In this document: positions 56,517-58,491 of the stretch, piece by piece
How positions within the stretch are numbered: position 1 is the stretch's first letter
How the letters are laid out: each line of letters starts with the position of its first letter
NCBI GenBank assembly: GCA_964368605.1
Contig: CAYJBP010000002.1
Span: 1-58,491, forward strand
Length of the DNA: 58,491 bases
Direction: 5' to 3'
Source: an uncultured Peptococcaceae bacterium
GTDB lineage: Bacteria > Bacillota > Dehalobacteriia > UBA4068
Position numbers and translations under genes: made by a program
Notes under the pieces: generated by a model
Told to the model about the DNA's origin: nothing
The model's database searches: none
The model's input: the letters and a program-made list of their open reading frames with translations, nothing else

Positions 56517-56661
56517 AGCTTTTATGATCTTCATTAAAAAGTTGCAGTGTTTTAATGTTTATTTGGCATTTTATTGGCTAAGTAAGCTGTTAAATTGCTA
56601 ATTATTACATTTTGCTGTTTTATGTTGCAGAACCCGGCAATTATTTTAAAGGAGGTATTTT

Positions 56662-58047
56662 ATGGAGCAGCTTAAAAAGAAAAGAGAATTTCCCCATGCT
56701 TTTGTAATTTTATTGGCGATTTTGGCTTTAATCACTATCCTTACCTGGGTAGTTCCGGCCGGCCAATATACCAGGGAAACCATCGACGGCGTAACTGTAG
56801 TAGATCCTGATAGCTTTCAGTTTGTAGATCAAAAACCGGTTGGCTTTATGGCAATGATGGAGGCCATCCCAAGCGGTATAACAGGTGGTGCAGCACTTAT
56901 TACCATGATTTTTACAATCGGGGCGGCAATTGGTCTTATTGATAGTACGGGTGCTATCAGAGCAGGCGTTTTAGCCTTGAACGACAAATTGGGCGCCAAG
57001 AGCAATAAGCTGGTTTTAATCGGAATTATGATTTATTTTTCTTTTATTGGCGCGTTTCCTTCGATGCTTGAAGGGGTAATTCCTTTTGTGCCAATTTGTA
57101 TTGGTATTGCTCTTATGCTGGGTTATGATGTTATTACCGGTATTGCAATAGTTTTGATTTCCGATATTATTGGTTGGGCAGCCGGCCCCACCAATATGTG
57201 GACGGTTGGAAATGCCCAGAATATTGGTCAACTCCCTTTATTTTCGGGCATCGAATATCGCTTAGTTTGCTTGGTTGTATTTATGATTGTTTCGATAGCT
57301 TATGTAATTCGCTATGCCGAAAAAGTTAAAAAAGATCCATCTTTAAGTACATGTTTTGGCATGGATACTTCGGGCTTGGAATTCGATAGCAAGCAAAAAG
57401 TTGAATTTACCATGCGCAGAAAAATTATCTTAATTTTATTCTGCATCACCATTTTTCTGGTGGTTTTTGGCTCTTTACAATGGGGCTGGGGCTTGGTAGA
57501 AATGTCGGCAACCTATATTATTTGTGGCATTGCTTGCGGTATTGTGGCCGGTTTTAAAAGCGGCCAAATTGCTGATAAAATGCTCGAAGGTGCGCAATTA
57601 GTATTTATTGCGGCAATGGCAATTGGTTTGGCAAGGGCTATTTCGATTGTTATGGAAAGTGGCTTAATTATCGATACTTTTGTATTTTACCTGGTAGCTG
57701 CCGTAGAACAAATGCCTGATGCTTTGGTTGGTATTGCCATGTTTGCTATCCAAACGATTATCAATTTCTTTATTCCATCGGGTAGTAGCCAGGCTTTGGT
57801 AACTATGCCTATTTTAATGCCAATGGCCGAAATTACCGGCTTAAGTAAGCAGTTAACCATTTTGGCCTTCCAGTTTGGCGATGGTTTAAGCAACTTAGCA
57901 TTCCCCACTATGGGTACTTTAATTGCCTGCTTAGCTTGCGGTAAGGTTACTTTTGATAAATGGTTTAAGTTTGTATGGCGTTATTTGATTTTGATTTCGG
58001 TTGTGGCTTGTGCTTTAATTGTTATTGCTGCTTTAATTGGCTATTAA
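56662..58047 (+). CDS. YfcC-family (DcuC-like) membrane transporter
   Basis: 461 aa and polytopic. N-terminal 'FPHAFVILLAILALITILTWVVPAGQY' is typical of the YfcC family. RBS AAGGAGG. Confidence 0.75.
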   Translation: MEQLKKKREFPHAFVILLAILALITILTWVVPAGQYTRETIDGVTVVDPDSFQFVDQKPVGFMAMMEAIPSGITGGAALITMIFTIGAAIGLIDSTGAIRAGVLALNDKLGAKSNKLVLIGIMIYFSFIGAFPSMLEGVIPFVPICIGIALMLGYDVITGIAIVLISDIIGWAAGPTNMWTVGNAQNIGQLPLFSGIEYRLVCLVVFMIVSIAYVIRYAEKVKKDPSLSTCFGMDTSGLEFDSKQKVEFTMRRKIILILFCITIFLVVFGSLQWGWGLVEMSATYIICGIACGIVAGFKSGQIADKMLEGAQLVFIAAMAIGLARAISIVMESGLIIDTFVFYLVAAVEQMPDALVGIAMFAIQTIINFFIPSGSSQALVTMPILMPMAEITGLSKQLTILAFQFGDGLSNLAFPTMGTLIACLACGKVTFDKWFKFVWRYLILISVVACALIVIAALIGY

Positions 58048-58098
58048 TGTATAATTGCCGATATTGATTATAAGGCAAGACTATTTAAAAAAATGAGC

Positions 58099-58127
58099 TT
58101 GACAAAATTGTAGTAAAATGCTATGCT
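58099..58127 (+). promoter_or_regulatory. Putative sigma-A promoter of the riboswitch transcript
   Basis: TTGACA, a 17-nt spacer, then TATGCT. Confidence 0.5.
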
Positions 58128-58130
58128 TGA

Positions 58131-58263
58131 CAGGCATACATAGGGAAAATGCGTAAAGTGTCCTTTGTCATGGGGTTGACAAGGGAACGAAAGGCTTGGC
58201 CATTTGCTTCTAATCTGGAAGGAATAGGTGGCCAACCTGCGGTATTTTCCTATATCCCGCTTG
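58131..58263 (+). promoter_or_regulatory. THF (tetrahydrofolate) riboswitch aptamer
   Basis: Conserved blocks uagGGAAAAU-GCGUAAAGUG-[hairpin UCCUUUGUCA UGGGGU UGACAAGGGA]-ACGAAAGGC...CUGCGGUAUUUUCC-uAUAUCCCGCUUG. These closely parallel my recollection of the E. siraeum THF aptamer (GCGUUAAGUG / loop AUGGGAUG / ACGAAGC / GCGCGGU / AUCCGC). P1 is caggc/gcttg. The loop GGGGU can form the pseudoknot with AUCCC. Confidence 0.8.
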
Positions 58264-58273
58264 ATAAAAAACT

Positions 58274-58311
58274 AGGGATAGATTGTATTTGACAATCTAT
58301 CCCCTTTTTTT
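58274..58311 (+). terminator. Intrinsic terminator (expression platform of the THF riboswitch)
   Basis: agggatagattg-tatttga-caatctatcccc followed by ttttttt. The 5' arm GGGATA can alternatively pair with the aptamer 3' segment UAUCCC. Confidence 0.75.
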
Positions 58312-58491
58312 ATTTAAGGTTAGCATAAAAAGACTCGAACCAAAACGGTTTTGCACTCAAAATCAGCGGCATCTAGCGGCCTTGCCGGCACTTCCCGTAG
58401 CTCCACTACGAAAAGCACCGTCAAGTCCACTATCTATCCCCTGATTTTGGCGCAAAACTGCTTCGCACCCTTATTTAGGCTGCAAAAATAT

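Noticed and set aside
58131-58263. Alternative identities for the leader RNA: a T-box (AGGTGGCCAACCTGCGG resembles GGTGGTACCGCG) or a cobalamin riboswitch (AGGGAA)
   Set aside because: There is no specifier or stem I architecture, AGAGA box or B12 box. The ordered THF-specific blocks and the pseudoknot fit much better.
58331-58340. tRNA T-loop-like GGTTCGAGTC on the minus strand, raising the possibility of a tRNA gene
   Set aside because: The flanking bases do not form a T-stem (tttgg versus ctttt). I could not build an acceptor stem, D arm or anticodon arm from the neighbouring sequence.
58420-58445. tmRNA-like 5' end (GGGGATAGATAGTGGACTTGACGG) on the minus strand
   Set aside because: Only about 110 nt separate it from the riboswitch terminator. 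No tag reading frame, no pseudoknots and no matching 3' acceptor/T-arm were found. The resemblance is superficial, or at best a remnant.
1-58491. Search for mobile elements, prophage genes, CRISPR arrays and classical defence genes
   Set aside because: No transposase, integrase, recombinase, phage structural genes, cas genes, regularly spaced repeats or restriction-modification motifs were recognised in any of the listed ORFs.

Overview
This 58.5 kb window comes from an endospore-forming Firmicute, probably a Clostridia-type genome of moderate GC. It is mostly dense chromosomal core. Clear calls include glyA, rpiB, dxs, tlyA, nusB, the asp23 locus, kbl-tdh, a complete spoIIIAA-AH operon, a gerA-type germinant receptor operon and several regulators and transporters. 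No rRNA, tRNA, CRISPR array, transposase or integrase was seen. The best candidate for an undescribed system is a tightly coupled minus-strand operon at about 16.0-22.5 kb. It encodes a SARP/BTAD regulator with a dead GGDEF domain, a sortase, a GspF/PilC platform protein, four small N-terminally anchored pseudopilin-like proteins, a PilT-type ATPase, a 144-aa unknown and a flavoprotein. No PilB-type ATPase, prepilin peptidase or canonical major pilin was found in the window. Other points worth a second look follow.
- A THF (folate) riboswitch with promoter and terminator sits at the 3' edge, followed by at least 180 nt with no ATG or GTG on the + strand.
- A composite hairpin module of about 55-60 nt occurs twice, at 3277-3330 and 45162-45222.
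- Two GT2 glycosyltransferases are fused onto the end of the spoIIIA operon.
- A degenerate LarC-like protein and an APH-fold protein with both catalytic Asp replaced by Asn look like pseudo-enzymes.
- A TsaD/Kae1 paralogue and a radical SAM gene lie immediately downstream of nusB.
- A 5'-truncated LPXTG/vWA adhesin sits at the left edge.
All functional calls come from motif recognition by eye; no searches were run.
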